A stretch of DNA of 62,297 nt, the filler included, from Bipalium vagum (lineage: Eukaryota): the NCBI GenBank assembly GCA_037834085.1. It is 3 parts of 3 records of this genome, joined end to end, with 100 filler letters (N's around TTAATTAATTAA, not from the genome) between each part and the next. Parts side by side here need not be neighbours in the genome. Positions count along the whole stretch, not along the records: positions 23,368 to 45,232 come from JBBMKC010230631.1; 2 more parts are not named here. One strand, 5' to 3'. The translations under genes and the position numbers were made by a program. This document shows positions 24,390 to 38,600 of this stretch, one piece after another. The notes below the pieces were generated by a model, which searched no databases, had not been told where the DNA came from, and saw only the letters and a program-made list of their open reading frames with translations. Within the stretch, counting starts at the first letter, position 1; each line of letters starts with the position of its first letter.

Positions 24390-27300
24390 ATCACGTGGTT
24401 GAGTATCGAATGGTGGATGGAAGCAAATATATGTCTGGACATAATTCGTTGAGATTCAAGGACACAACGTACGATGGAGATATTTTGAAAAATGGAACTT
24501 TAGTTGGAGGAATAGGAAAGCTCTGTGATCGAGACATTGAAGGAAATACAGCTGAAAGTCCAATTGTTGACGGTGCCATAAAATTCGTTGGATGGGATCG
24601 AAAACAATTGAAACAACCATTTGTGTCTCTTATCTTTCGGTTTGACAGCCCAAGAAACTTCAGTGCTCTTTTTTTACGTGTTGCAAACCATTTTGATTAT
24701 CATATTCGAGTATTCAAAGATATTAAAATGACATTTGGTTGGGGTTTCGATGGCTTGAACATTGTTGGGAAAACTGGCAGGCAAAGTGAAGTGATAGAAA
24801 ATGACGATCGCATCAGAATAAACCGGTGGAAGGAGATTAAAATAAATAACCATCTTGGAAATTTCGTGAAAATTGATCTCTACTTTGCCAGTCAGTGGAT
24901 TGTGCTTAGTGAAATCTACTTTCAAAGTGGTAAGAAATATTGTTCTTTGAACTTAAAATATTTTTATATTTGTTATTAGAAGACAGTATGACTTTCCTTT
25001 ATTACATTTTACTACAATTGTTTTTCGATACCATTTTATAAAAGAAAATCAAAATAATGATTGAAAAAAAATTTTAATTGAAAATGCTTCCTTGGGACTC
25101 AGAAGTATAAGATAAACACTGATCTTTCTAACATTCTTAAATATAAATCGTATGAGTCTTTAGAAAGATTAAACATATTCTTCACTTTATTCAGAGTCTA
25201 TTTTTACTATTTTTAATTTTCTATATGACTCACCCTTTGTTGATTTAACTCCTACAGAACCCATTTGCAGAATTTAAGCTCTAAAACTTAAAAGTGGAAA
25301 TCACCACAAAAATTACAGCCAATAATTAAATGAAATTTCATGTCTGATATTGTTCCTCTGAAAATTATTATTCGATTACCAACTTCTCCATCAAATATTA
25401 ATTAACCTGCCCATGATGTATAGAATCAATATACATCCATTCTTCATCAACCATCACAGAATATTAATGTTTTGATTTTTAAGCAAATGTTGTGGTTTTT
25501 TGGATCTTGTTATTCGATGACTAATCCACCTTGTAAAGACGCACTTTAATGCATCCAATAAACCGATTCGGTGTACTGAACTAATATTGATATATTAAGA
25601 GCAGATCTGAAGTACCAATTATTTTACTAATTTCTTAAATTTCTCAGAAAATTTTCAAAATCGCTTTTTCTTTCGAAATACCATATATTTAGGTTACCTT
25701 TTCCTGAAAAATGTAAGAAAATAAAATAAAAATGTAAAGTCTAAATGAACATAATAAAATCGGATAAAGAAATGCAAGCTCGTTTTTACCAAATCACAAA
25801 AAGATTTCAGAGTACAATTAAGCCTCAGTCTTCCTAATTGGATTCTCATCAAGTGCTGAACGCACTCAAAAAATAATACAATATAGTCAGAAATTTTGTC
25901 AAGTATAAATCTATTAATCCCTTAAGAATATCAGTTACACAATATTTTCTGTAACAGATTTGACAAATTCCAAGAGGACTGTTATTCATCTCGGATCTCG
26001 ATTTGGCAAATATAGAAAAAATACAATATACAAAAAGACAAATTAAATAATCATTAATCATCAGACAGAACAAATTGAATGATAATCGTGAATAACGTTG
26101 AAAGGAATAAGGTAAAGTTTGAATATATTCAGTTGGAAAGAAAGTTTCCGGACAAAACTTATTCATAGAAAAAAATGATTATAAAACGAATAACAAATGC
26201 AAAATTTATAAAACAATGTAATATTAGAGCAACGAAGTGAATATCAGTCAGTAATATAATTGCTATTGTTCTCTATCACTTGTTTCCAACGACGTTACAG
26301 ATCACTTATCCCCTAGTTATAAAAAGACATTGTTTTACTTTCAAAAAAATTGGTGATTACCAACTGCTGCTTTCAATCATCATTTGTGAACGTGTTAGAA
26401 TTTAGGTATTTCTGCATAGCCCGGAATAAATGGAAATCTATTGAAGCCAGATCTGGTGAATAAGACGGCTGCTGAAGAACTTCCCACCCATACTGAATAA
26501 TTTTTTGATCCAATAATAATATTAATAATAAGAAGAGTACAAAAAACATAAGCAAACAGTTCAATAAAGATTTCAATGAAAATTAGAAGAAATCCTAACT
26601 GGGTTGCTTCCATACCATATCAAATAAGTTTAACCTTAAATATGTTCAAAACCTTCCTCATATTTAATTTTTTATCAGGTCTGATTTTATTTTGAAAGTA
26701 AATGTAAGCTGATTCCCAGATGAAATCCCTTCAGATCTTGTGATATTAAAATATCGAAGATCTTTGGTTGATTTAGTAAATTAATCAAATAAATCAGAAA
26801 TAACGCTCCATGGAAGACCTACGAAATCTGATTGATTTCTTAATATTTCCTTGACACTCTAAAAAGCCAACATATTCCCAATGAAAATGAGATTCCCCAC
26901 CATTAAAACGAAGTACTAAAATAATTTCTTTTTCTTTAGAAAAATCGTTTCTTATTTTGTGTTGTAAAATTTTATTATGGAATATTTGCCAGCATTAAAA
27001 TGAAAATAAAAAATAAAATAATTGCATAAAAGAGACATTATGGATAAAATTTCAATGCCCAATGAAAAAATTAAAATTACCAAATGCTCAGAACCATTAG
27101 ACTGGGTCTAATTAAGAATTAAATTCAATAATCCATTTAAAAATATATAAAATACATTTTTTAATATGATAATAATCTCCATTATTATAATTGATATATT
27201 ATGCAATAATATACTCTCAAGATATAAATATATTATTTATATTAGATGATAAAAATATTATTTATAATTATACAAATAATTTAACATATAATATAACTAA

Positions 27301-30300
27301 ATTGATTTATTTCTTACTTAGGATATTTACCAGCAATTATATCATTTATTTTGTTGTATAATAATGTTATGTTATTGATTATTTTTCTCGTCGAAATTTA
27401 TTTTAAGTTCAATTTGATAAAAAATATTTTTTAATATTAATATTAATATTATTATTCAAAATAATTTTATTTTTAAGAATGTACAGAATTTTAATAAATA
27501 AAAAAAATGGAACTTCAAATTCTTGACATTTAAACTCATGAAATATGTTAAAATCTCCTTAAAAATATATCTTAAGCCTGAATATTTTTGTTTAATTTTT
27601 ATAAAAAGTTTAGATAATATTTATTTTCAGATTTTCTCTGAAATTATTGGTTTCATTTTTTAATGAATTTTATTTTGATAATTTTCACTTTCGCTGAATC
27701 AAAATTAATTAATTATTTACAATTTCTATTAATTATTGTCATAATAAAATCAACGAAGTTCTGCTTAAAATGTTTCTTTTTTTTTAAATGTTGAAAAAAA
27801 CAATTAATTATTTGTGTATTTTTCCTTTTTTAATTAATTGTCATTTGTTAAAATTTTCATAATTTTTTAGAATTAACGCTAAATCATGATGATTCTGTAA
27901 AATATGGAATTATGACAGGTTATTTATTTATTTATCTGCAATAATAATTTAGATTATTTAAAAAAATTTATCTAAATTAAAAAAAATTTTTAAATAAAAA
28001 ATACGGACTAAATAAATGGAAACATTCTTTGAATGAAAATATTTTTTTTCAAGATTCCCCAGAAAGATATAGAACACAAAATCAGACGGGAAAACAGAGC
28101 TTGAATTTCCATTTCACTGTTATGCCTTTAGCGCATATATTGGGGTTGATATGTGGCATTCTTGGAGTCATCATTTTGCTTGGGCTGTTTTTACTTCTTT
28201 ATATACATAACAGAAAAAAGCGTAATTCACTCTCAAAAGAACGAGTGATCCACCTGTATCCGGAAGATGAAAACTATTTTTTCAATAATGAAAATCAGGT
28301 AACAATTATCCCTATCAATAATCAATTTGAGATGAAAAGTAATGATTTAAGAGACATTGAAATATTTAATATATCAGGCCGTTCGGAAAAAATTTTTCTT
28401 AATAAAAGACATTAATGAATGTTGTATTATGTATTAATACTATAAATGATAAATATCATATTTGGTGTAATATAGATCATCATCATTTTAATTATATTTA
28501 CTATTTTAGTCAATTTTGTAACTCATTGTTTAGCATCAATATTTCTACAAAATGTCTATGATAATAAAAAACGAAGACTTTCTCGAAAAGTTAATATATT
28601 TAATGTTTCATAACTAATTCATCTAAGAGTTGAATATTTTTTTATTTACGTAATATAAAATTATAGAATTACTGAAAACCGAACCTCACATCTATTGGTA
28701 ATAACATTTGACTCTTAAAAAATCTTTATTATTATTATTCATAAAAATATTTATTACATTTTAAGATGTTTTAATCTTTTTACTTTAGAGTTAAAATTAA
28801 TTTGATTTTTTACTTTAAGTTTGACCTTTTCCAAACTACTTCCGTGACTAGTACTGAAAATGATATCCTTATTTAAATTTATGATCAGATCCCATGTATA
28901 AGGTCTACAAATATAACTCCGCCGTTTTTATTTTTTATAATTAATGTTTTACTTTTTTATTTAAATTAAATTAATTTTTTGTTTATTTGTTGTTGTTTAA
29001 ATAATATTTACTTTGAGCGCTAATTATAATAATATAATAATTTTTAAAATAGTTAGCACATCATTAAATATTTACTATTTTAGATGTCAACATTTGTGTC
29101 GAAAAATAAAAATTTATGGGAAGCTTTATTATTTTTATTTAACTAAAGAAAAATGATGCCGAAACATATAAAACTACTAGTACAGGCTTATGGCAACAAT
29201 TCTTTAGCTGGAAGAAAATGTCGGGAATGGTTTCAAAAGTTCAAAACGGGCAATTTTAACCTTAATGACAAAACCCACGGAAATCCACCAAAAATATTTG
29301 AAGACCCTGATTTGCAAGACTTGCTGGACGAAGACGACTGTGAAACTCGGGTACAATTAGCTGTTTCACTGAATGTTTCCCAACAAACAATCTCCAACCG
29401 TTTACGCGGTTTAGGAAAGATTCTAAAGGTGGGAAAGTTGGTGCCTCATGCATTAACAGAAAAAAGCCAAGAGCAGAGAAAAATCACATGCGAAATTTTG
29501 ATCAAAATGAACAAAAGAAAATCTTTCCTTCATCGTATAATAACTGGCGATGAAAAATGGATATATTTCTCCATCCCAGAAGAAAAAGATCTTGGTTTGA
29601 CCCATGTCTTCTGACAAAGTCAACTTCAAAGCGCAACATTCATGGGAAAAAAGTATTGTTGGATCATATGGTGGAATCAAAAAGGTATCCTGTACTACAA
29701 ACTTCTGAAACCTGGTGAGACCGTGACTGCCAGTAGCTATGAACAGCAGTTAATGCAACTAAACGAAGAATTCGCTACCAAACAACCAGAATGGGGTGAT
29801 AAGCATGGAAAGATAATATTCTTCTTGAAAACGCTCGGCCTTATGTCGCAAAAACCGTTGATGAGGTTATAAAACAGTTGAAATGCGATGTCTTACCCAA
29901 CCCGCCATACTCTCCCGACATTGCTCCGTTGGATTATCGTTTATTCCGTTCGATGGCACATGATCTGTCAGAGCACAGCTTTATGACTTAAGAGGTTGTA
30001 AAAAAATGCCTAAGTCATTGGATTGCCTCTAAATCAAATAATTTTTTCTATGATGGCATACATAAACTGCCACAACTTTGGGAAAACGTTGTCATGCATG
30101 ATTATAATACGTATTATAATATTTTAAAATGGTTATTAACAATTTTATAAATTAACATCGTTTTGTTAAAAAAGAATTTAATAAAAATTTCAATTTTAAC
30201 AATTATTTTTCAGACCTCTTGTTATAACGAGTTCACCTTTTCAATTAGACATTCAATTATCATTTACCAGACATTTATATTTTTCTTTAAGTTTTACGAT

Positions 30301-33300
30301 AAGGTTTCCGCATAGTCAAACCATCGCCGTTTTGCAACAAGTCAAGTGAAAAAGAAATAATACTTTGCAAATTTGTCTAAGCTCCGGTTTTTTATCCTCA
30401 ATTTCCACTTATAAATAATTATAAAATTTATTACTTTAATTAGAAAAACTGTAAAAAATCAAATATTTCGTATTGAATTGAATTTATTTTTATTATTTAA
30501 TTTAATTAATTTTGTATTGGATAATATGGCTCTATCTTTATAAAAATTAACACTCATTTCTGCCAAAAACATATTTTATGACATTAAAGTTTACCTAATC
30601 TTCTATTAAAATATAAAAATTTCCAATCAATAATTTAATAATTGTAAAAATTATGGTTGTTTAAAGTATGCGCTACTACTTTTGAAACACACCGTCTATG
30701 TAAGTATTTTTAAAATAAAATCTAAAATTGGAAAATGTTGGACCATTTAATTTAATCCAATAACAATTTTTGTTTTCATAAGAATAAAAATTACATCACA
30801 TTTAAAAAATTGATTAATTGGTAATCTTTCAGTTAAGCGGCGTAAATTATTCACGTATCAAACATCTTCTGACAAACATTTTTGTCTCTGTTCATACTTT
30901 CACAAAATCATGTGACCTGAACGGCATAAGAACATTTCAGCGCTTGTAATTATTTAAACAATGAAATTATTAACATTTATTGTCATTTTTGAATATTTAT
31001 TTATAATATGAAAAATTTTATAATACTTTATAATAAATACCTGTTCTTCAGGGTGGTCTACTGAAACGTTAAAGTCTTAATAATTAATATTATTACATCA
31101 ATGTTTATTGCTCTCATACTTATTATATTATATAATTTCAGTTTTATTCAGCAAAACTGAATAAAGGAATTATAATTCCATTTAACATAAGCCCATACAA
31201 ATTTTGTACGAACCAGCGAACTATCTCTTGTGGTCCAGGAATGTTAACAGCTAATAGTAGTATCATTAAGATTAATTCTCCGAAGGTTCTGGTTAAATCA
31301 TCACCTATTCATAATCCCCGTGTAATCGACAGTTGTATTTATACCAGCTTACCTGCATCAGACACAGAAAGTTTAGGAACCCCCGATCAGAAGTCGAATA
31401 ATTTCCAGCTCCTTCTCTCATCAGTTATTCAGACCTACCCAATTCACCCATACTGGAGTAACCATTCCGTTGTTTCTTCTGATAAGATTTTTTACAATTC
31501 CATTAATATTGATGGTAAATTTTAGACGTAATTCTATATGCAATTATAAGTCAACCAGAATAGACTGATTTGAAATATCATCGTGTTGATATTATTTTTA
31601 TTTTTTTTAATTATTAATTTTTTATTATTTTTATTATCACTACTATTATTACAATTATTATCAATATTATTATTAACATTTCGTTAATGTTATTAATATC
31701 ATTTAGAAAAGCAGTTATCCATTTTTCTTTCTTTTATTTACATATTTGGTGATCCGTAAAAATATTTACAGTGTTCGAGATAAATATTATATCTTTATAA
31801 AATCCATCTTTTATTTGTTTAACAAAGGTAAATTTTGGTTATTCTAAATTTTGAAGAATAAATTGTACTTCCTTCATTCCATAGAATATGTGGATTTCCA
31901 AAAAAAACCTTTATAAAATACGAAAATCTCTATTATTCTAATATATGCAAGATAAAACTTTGTTCCAATATTCAAAAGTTTTAAAATTTCAATTAGAAAT
32001 AAAACGATTTATCTGAATTAAAAGTAAATTTATTAAAGCCATTTTTTGTGAAGTTTTCGAAGTTTTTTCAGATCAGAAATATATCTTTGGCAAATCAGTT
32101 GGCAAATATAACAACTGGGTCTCCAAGCATTCTGATGTTCTGATGGTCAAATATTTAAATTTTCCAGCATATGTCATACTACTGGCTGTCAAATCTAGAG
32201 AACGTGATTTCATGTGCTTTCAATAATTTGGGGATGGGATTGAAATTAATATAGAGATATATCAACATGTGAAGAAACTTGATACGAGAAAGTCTGTATT
32301 CCAATATGACTTTGATCCGACCTATAAACCAAGAAACACTCTGATCTGGTTTTTAGATTATTTTTTGTCACCAGATTTATGGTTTTATTCAATCTCATGT
32401 TGCATTTGAATAGATTAGTATTTATGAGTTTTAATTGAGGAATAGGCCAACGCCAAAGCTAACGGTACCATCAAGTCACTATATGAAAATTTCAAGAAAA
32501 TAATGGTACATTTCAATCTGGAGAAAACATAACGGATATGTAACTAATATAGCAACTAATGTAGATCATATTGAATAATCTTATTTTGTAGACTTTTGTA
32601 TTGCGGTATACAAAAAGTTATTTAAATACTTGTACTAGATCATTCTATTGGTATTTTCATTTGTTGTACAGAAATTACGGATTAATCTCGAGCCCCTTAA
32701 TAAAAAATATGCTTTGTATATATTCAAAATATTTATAAATTTTAGTATATTTTATAAAAGATAAAACTGAAAGCGATATGTTTACGATGTTTTTATCAAC
32801 TTTCAGATAACTCAAATTATACTTTCCAATGTTTCAAAGATAAGCAATTGTCAACCGAAAAAAATTCAGGTCTAATATATACCAATCATAGCAACTGTCA
32901 GGAATATGACAGCTTCAAGGTATTAATTGATTATCTTAAAAAGTAATTAATCATCATAATAATATTATTATTTACAAATATATAATTGTAAATATAATAT
33001 ATTTAGAAATATAAACATGACAAAATATTATATTATTTTTAGAAATTAAATTATCATTTTTAAACAATATTTATGTTACAAAAGATATTTATTATTCAAA
33101 GCTCATTTTTGAAACTGGTTAAAATAAGATGATGAAACTGATATTTTTATATAATTTTTTCTTTTTATTGAATGTCACGATGAATTGTTTGTTCCATCTA
33201 GATAGAAATAATCATAAAACTCCTAATTAAAGCAATCATTTAACCGTACTGACTTCGTTATTTTTCAATCTCCAATTTTTTGGTGATAATGTCAATTTAA

Positions 33301-35607
33301 TTGATATTTTTCTTCTGGGTTGTTCATCATTTTTATCATTAATGATGGCAACTCATTTTCAATAAAAACACACCACTTATTATTTTAATGATTTGCATGG
33401 GAATTATTGCATCTGTTGTTTAATCAATTTAGCTTAATCATGTATTTTGAATGTGTATAATTTAAGCAAAAAAATTCATTGACAGATATGAAATATCCTT
33501 ATTACAATAAGCAATATGACTGGTATAGAAAATGCATTTCATCGGACTTTGAAAGAGGTAGAATAGTATGACTTCGTAACGGTGTAATAGGTTTCAGAGA
33601 GATTTTCAGATCTTTGAAGAAATCATTCCACTATTTTACGTTATGAAATACTTGGTTCGAGGTAGACTTACATCACCATAGTAGCGGTAGTAAGGAACCA
33701 GGAAACACTGTAAATTTATCAATAATTAATTACACATTATACAAATTCCCTTTGAGATTAAAACTTTACAAAATCGAGGTCTTAGTGATTCATATAAATC
33801 TATGATATTTTGTCTATGGATACTGTCTGTTACGCGTAATTGTAACTCACACATATTGGTTGACTGCGGTCCATCATATATAATTTCTGATATCATTTTC
33901 CAGACATCTTCCACTATGTCCAGATCTGGACTACTAGATGGCCACTGAATAGTCTGTATATTTGAATATTTTAGGTAATCTTGTACCAATCTTGAAGTAT
34001 GTACCCTACAATTGTCTTGTTGGGCACAAATTTTTCTTTTCGAAGTTCAACTTTATAGTTGGTACAATGTACTTCTGCAATATATATGCAAAATCCTTTG
34101 AAGTAAATTTACCAATTATGGAATGTAAAGACAGGATACCATTTGGAAAAATCATCAACCGCATCATTAAACCGCCACCTTGACATTGCCTTCTCTTGTG
34201 GACATATTTCTCTTTTTTGCCATATATGTCATCCAGTTGTCTGGCTCTTCAAATGTAAACCGTTTTTCCTCCGTAAATATAGTACTTTCCCATATATTTA
34301 CTTGAAATCCAAAGAGAAAATTACATCTAATCTTAGCTGCTTATGCTTCTTTGACAGAACTATTTCGTTTGATGCTTTCTTTTATTTATAATCCATTTTT
34401 GTTAAGTGAAGATGTAGTGTCTTTCGTGAAACGTTAAGATCTAAATTTCTGATCAATTTGATTGAATTCACCTTTTTATGTTATTCAGTTAAACGCACTA
34501 TTTCACGTTTTATAAACAAACTCAATCTCTTATTAATTTTATTTTGGGGCCAACTTTTTTTTATGATCATTCAATCTATATATAATTAAACTGATAGCTG
34601 AAAACCGCGTTATTTCTAAAAGTTTTGCGATTTGACCATAACAATTCCCTTCATTGTGCAACCGTTGCGCAATTATTCTGAGTTCATCTGATTTCATAAT
34701 TTATCACTAAAATGTAAGATTCACATTAGAATCAACTAAAACTTATATTTAATTAAGTATCTCGTTTTTCATAAACAAGAAAATATTCACCTGTGCGAAA
34801 AAAATTGTCAATTTTAAAAATGCTGAAATTTGACTAACTAATTAATGATTTGTTAATTGAACAATCGTTTCAAATGAAAAGAAAAGTTATAAATTTTGTA
34901 CAGACTTATTATACTTTTCAGCTTTAATTTCTGATACGACAGAATCTATGCTAAACCAGATTTACATTATACAGACTGACCAGAAAAAAAGTGATAATTA
35001 CTTAAATTCGATTTTACCACCCTAATTTTAGTTTTTTTCTGTGGAATTGTTTATTTAATTGATGATGAATCTGTAAATAATTTTCAAATTAAAATTATTA
35101 CCAGTTATCAATGATTACACACCAAGAAAAGATGTCTTGTCATACACGAACAAGTTAGGATCATTCTGATGATCCCATTGACTTTCACTATTTGTATTCC
35201 TGGTTTGCTTATTTCGGTTTTCCTAAGATCAGTAGATACATGAACCCAAGAATCAAATATGATGTGTGGATCTTTAGCACCTTAAAGATCTACATAATAG
35301 TAGCATCTATTTATTTATGTTATTAATAATATATTTTGCTTTTTAAACCGAATCATTTCGAAAATTATCGTAATAAAGAAATATATTATTATTTAATAAT
35401 GGAAAAATTTTTAATATTATCGAAGAAATCTTATTTTTGATCCTGTTTCTTGATCGAAAGGATCCATATTAATACCGAATTTACCTTTTACTTTTGTATT
35501 ATTTATATAATACCTCATCTCTTTCATTATTACAGGATTCCCGAATTATCTATGATCTGAACTTACATTTTCATACATTAGACTACCAAAGAAATTCCCA
35601 TAATTAA
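24390..35607 (+). CDS. Discoidin domain receptor-like single-pass membrane protein (5' exons missing; no kinase domain seen)
   Basis: Exons 24390-24929 (DS-like domain: D.TYDG, GGIGKL.D, FVGW, F.FD..RNFS, YFASQWIVLSEIYF.S), 27871-27918, 28054-28298 (TM ILGLICGILGVIILLGLFLLLYI then NRKKR), 31142-31514 and 32807-32919, with a tentative last exon 35536-35607. All phases are compatible. Confidence 0.8.
25330..25580 (-). mobile_element. Tc1/mariner-superfamily remnant
   Basis: VMVDEEWMYID resembles the first catalytic xxIDEKWFY motif; highly degraded. Confidence 0.35.
26330..26520 (-). mobile_element. mariner transposase C-terminal fragment
   Basis: GWEVLQQPSYSPDLASIDFHLFRAMQ. Confidence 0.85.
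28897..30110 (+). mobile_element. mariner (DD34D) element, frameshifted
   Basis: CREWFQKFK.G, LVPHAL, RIITGDEKW, ENARP and PPYSPDIAPLDY; TIR-like TATAAGGTCTACAAATATAACTCCGCCG at the left end. Confidence 0.92.
32090..32600 (+). mobile_element. Tc1 remnant
   Basis: VFQYDFDPTYK (degenerate FQ.DNDPKH) and SPDL are recognisable. Confidence 0.5.
33510..33710 (+). mobile_element. Tc1 N-terminal fragment
   Basis: SDFERGRIV*LR.G...FREI. Confidence 0.55.
33726..34800 (-). mobile_element. Tc1 (DD34E) element, decayed
   Basis: QWPSSSPDLDIVEDVW, LYESL..R...V...KG and a GGG.M.. region; the N-terminal HTH lies near 34500-34700. Confidence 0.85.
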
Positions 35608-38600
35608 CATATTTAAAGATAATTGAAATACCAGACGTAGTGTTGGAGCATTAGAAATACATATTGATAAAATAAACCTTGATGTGAATTTAATATTAAA
35701 AGAAGATTAATATTATTTTACGATTTAATAAAAAATTTTTTTCATCAATTTTCTAATATTTATACAGGAAAATCGAAATCTCTGACATTCAAGTAGTATT
35801 AGAAAAAAATAAAATTTCCTCTTTCAACGTTTTTTGTGAGACCTTTTAAATGTTTGGTAAAATTAATTAAACTGAAATTATTAATTAATTTCCCTCACTC
35901 ACAAATTCAATTGATGAATCTCAATTAATAATTAAAATAAAAATAATTATTATCATTGATTTCTTTCGTTTTATTTTTTCATGAAATCTTCGTTGCGAAA
36001 TATTATTATTATTAAATAATATAAATAATTGACGAGATTTATCAAAATGATGTGGATCTTAAATTGTGAAATAATTTCCCACCAAAACCGATGTTAAGCA
36101 TCCATCTCAATGTTAGAAATGGACCCCGAGAATTACAGTTAAAAAGATGATATATTAAGCCTGGATTCGTTTCAGTTAAAATAGTTTGTGGACGCGATAA
36201 TTAGCAAATTTATCCATGCTTACCAAATTAGTCAACCGCGAATAAATATAATGGAATTGAAAGGGATTGCGAGAACATAAAGATTTTAACAAAAAAGGAA
36301 ATTAATTTTATAAATTCATCACTCGATTTTCTGCTCTTCTTTAATCAAATTGGATGAATTAAAGTAAAATTTTGATGGACTTTAATTAATGACAGAAATA
36401 TTCATTTTTCGAAACAGTTTTTATTGATTATATATCGATCGGAATATTATACTATTTATTTTTATATTTTTTATATTTGAATATTGATTTAAATAAAAAT
36501 TATTTAAGAATATTTGTTCGCAATTTTCGAACAATTATTATTTTAAAAAATCAGTTAAATCTAATTTCATCGAAAAAATTTTTTAATCAATATTTATCAG
36601 AGTTCAAATTCAAATTATGATCAAAATCTTAGTTAAATTTCATTTAAAACATTTATTTTATTATTATTTATTATTATAAATATGTTATTATTTGCATATT
36701 CCTTTTTACAGATTTATTTTTACATCTTCCCTCATAACCCTTAAGATTAGTTAAGGTTTTTTTCTCTATATTTCGCAGCCTAAACACATTTCTTGTTTGA
36801 GTTTCTATTTTAGTTAGTATATCTATTATTATTTTTAATCATAATATTAAGAAAAGCGTTTCTATTTTAACCCGCTATAGTATTGACATTCACAAAAAGA
36901 TTATATTGTTCCTTTTCATTACTTTTTACTTTTTAAATGACAGAATTAATTTTCTTTTCAATTTAATTATTTCTTCAATATGTAGGCAAAATGAAATGGA
37001 CTTTAATTTTGCTCTCCTTGTTGATATTGAATTTCGTACATCTGAATTAAAGAAAGGTTGATCAAACCTCTCGAAACAGCAGCTGGCAGAATTTTTATTT
37101 CATTTCAATTCTTAATTTATCACAAAGTACTCTGAGTTATACAATTTTTTCGGTTTTCCACTATTTATTATTATTAATAATATTATTTTTATTTTATTAA
37201 TATTAAAATAATTACTGAAACCAAACATTAGTTATACATTGAGCTGTAACTATCATATATCACACAGTTATAATANNNNNNNNNNNNNNNNNNNNNNNNN
37301 NNNNNNNNNNNNNNNNNNNNNNNNNNNNNNNNNNNNNNNNNNNNNNNNNNNNNNNNNNNNNNNNNNNNNNNNNNNNNNNNNNNNNNNNNNNNNNNNNNNN
37401 NNNNNNNNNNNNNNNNNNNNNNNNNNNNNNNNNNNNNNNNNNNNNNNNNNNNNNNNNNNNNNNNNNNNNNNNNNNNNNNNNNNNNNNNNNNNNNNNNNNN
37501 NNNNNNNNNNNNNNNNNNNNNNNNNNNNNGATTTTTTTAATTTTATCGATTTCCATTTACATTGCTTTAATTATTTTTTGTTGTTTGATTTTAAAAAGAC
37601 TATAAAAAAAGATAAAATACTTAATATTCAATTATGGTAGATTACTGGTTAAGATGGGAAAGGTAGAAATAAAATATGCAATGGTACAAAATTTATGCAA
37701 AGCATTTAATGTGGATAAAAATTATGTAAATATCCCATTGTTATTGATTTACATTAAAAGTTATTCAAATTTGAAAATTGTGAATGTGAGTAATCTTTAT
37801 AAAAAATAACCGAATAAAATCCTTCATTCTTAAGGTTGTTCGTCGTACCTTCAAATAACAATAGAAATTGATTTGATAATTTATTACTACATGGTATTTA
37901 TTATGGGATTATTTGTAAGCATATTTCATGGGTAAACACAAAGTTGGAAGAATAAAAGGAGAAATCTAATTTAACGATTACCAAAAAGAAATAAACTCTA
38001 ATTTAGCTAGAAAAAACAAAATACCCCTTATAACGAATATATAGGAGATATAAGGTAAATAATTCATCTCAGAATATTAAAAAGTCAGAATTATCTTTAA
38101 TTATGAATATTAAGTTAAAGAACCCTCATTCAATTTTATATTATTTTTTGTGAATAATTATTTGAAATAATTATTTTTAAAAAACTGTTGCATTTTTCCG
38201 TTATTCAAAGTAATTCATTTAAGCAATTTAGAAGAAATAAAAACAATTTGATTTCTCATAATAATTTATTTATATTTTTTATGGTTTAGTTCACTTTTTT
38301 CATACAATATGAGAATGGAAATTGAAAATTTAAAAAATTTCTGAAGCAAATTATTTCTCGATTTTTTGTGAAAATAGAGAGGGTGAAAATAATTGAATAA
38401 GATATCCTTTCACCGTATTAAAACTGTTCTGTTTTTATTATTTAAAATTGCTTTCAATTAATATTTTTACCTCATCATTTCGTAAGATCTTTTTCAGAAG
38501 AAAATGTGGTTTTCCTTTCTAATCTTAAAAACAACTTAGAGGTCTTCAACCACCTTTATATTTCATAAAGAATAAATTAGAGTATAAGCTATTTTAATTT

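Noticed and set aside
21728-24929. TEX2-DDR fusion gene
   Set aside because: Phases fit, but the join crosses a synthetic linker.
36991-37050. Signal-peptide-like MKWTLILLSLLILNF
   Set aside because: It stops after 19 codons and no convincing downstream exons were found; a gap lies nearby, so it cannot be fully excluded.
37239-37640. ORFs spanning N runs (also 49274-49512)
   Set aside because: Artefacts of assembly gaps.
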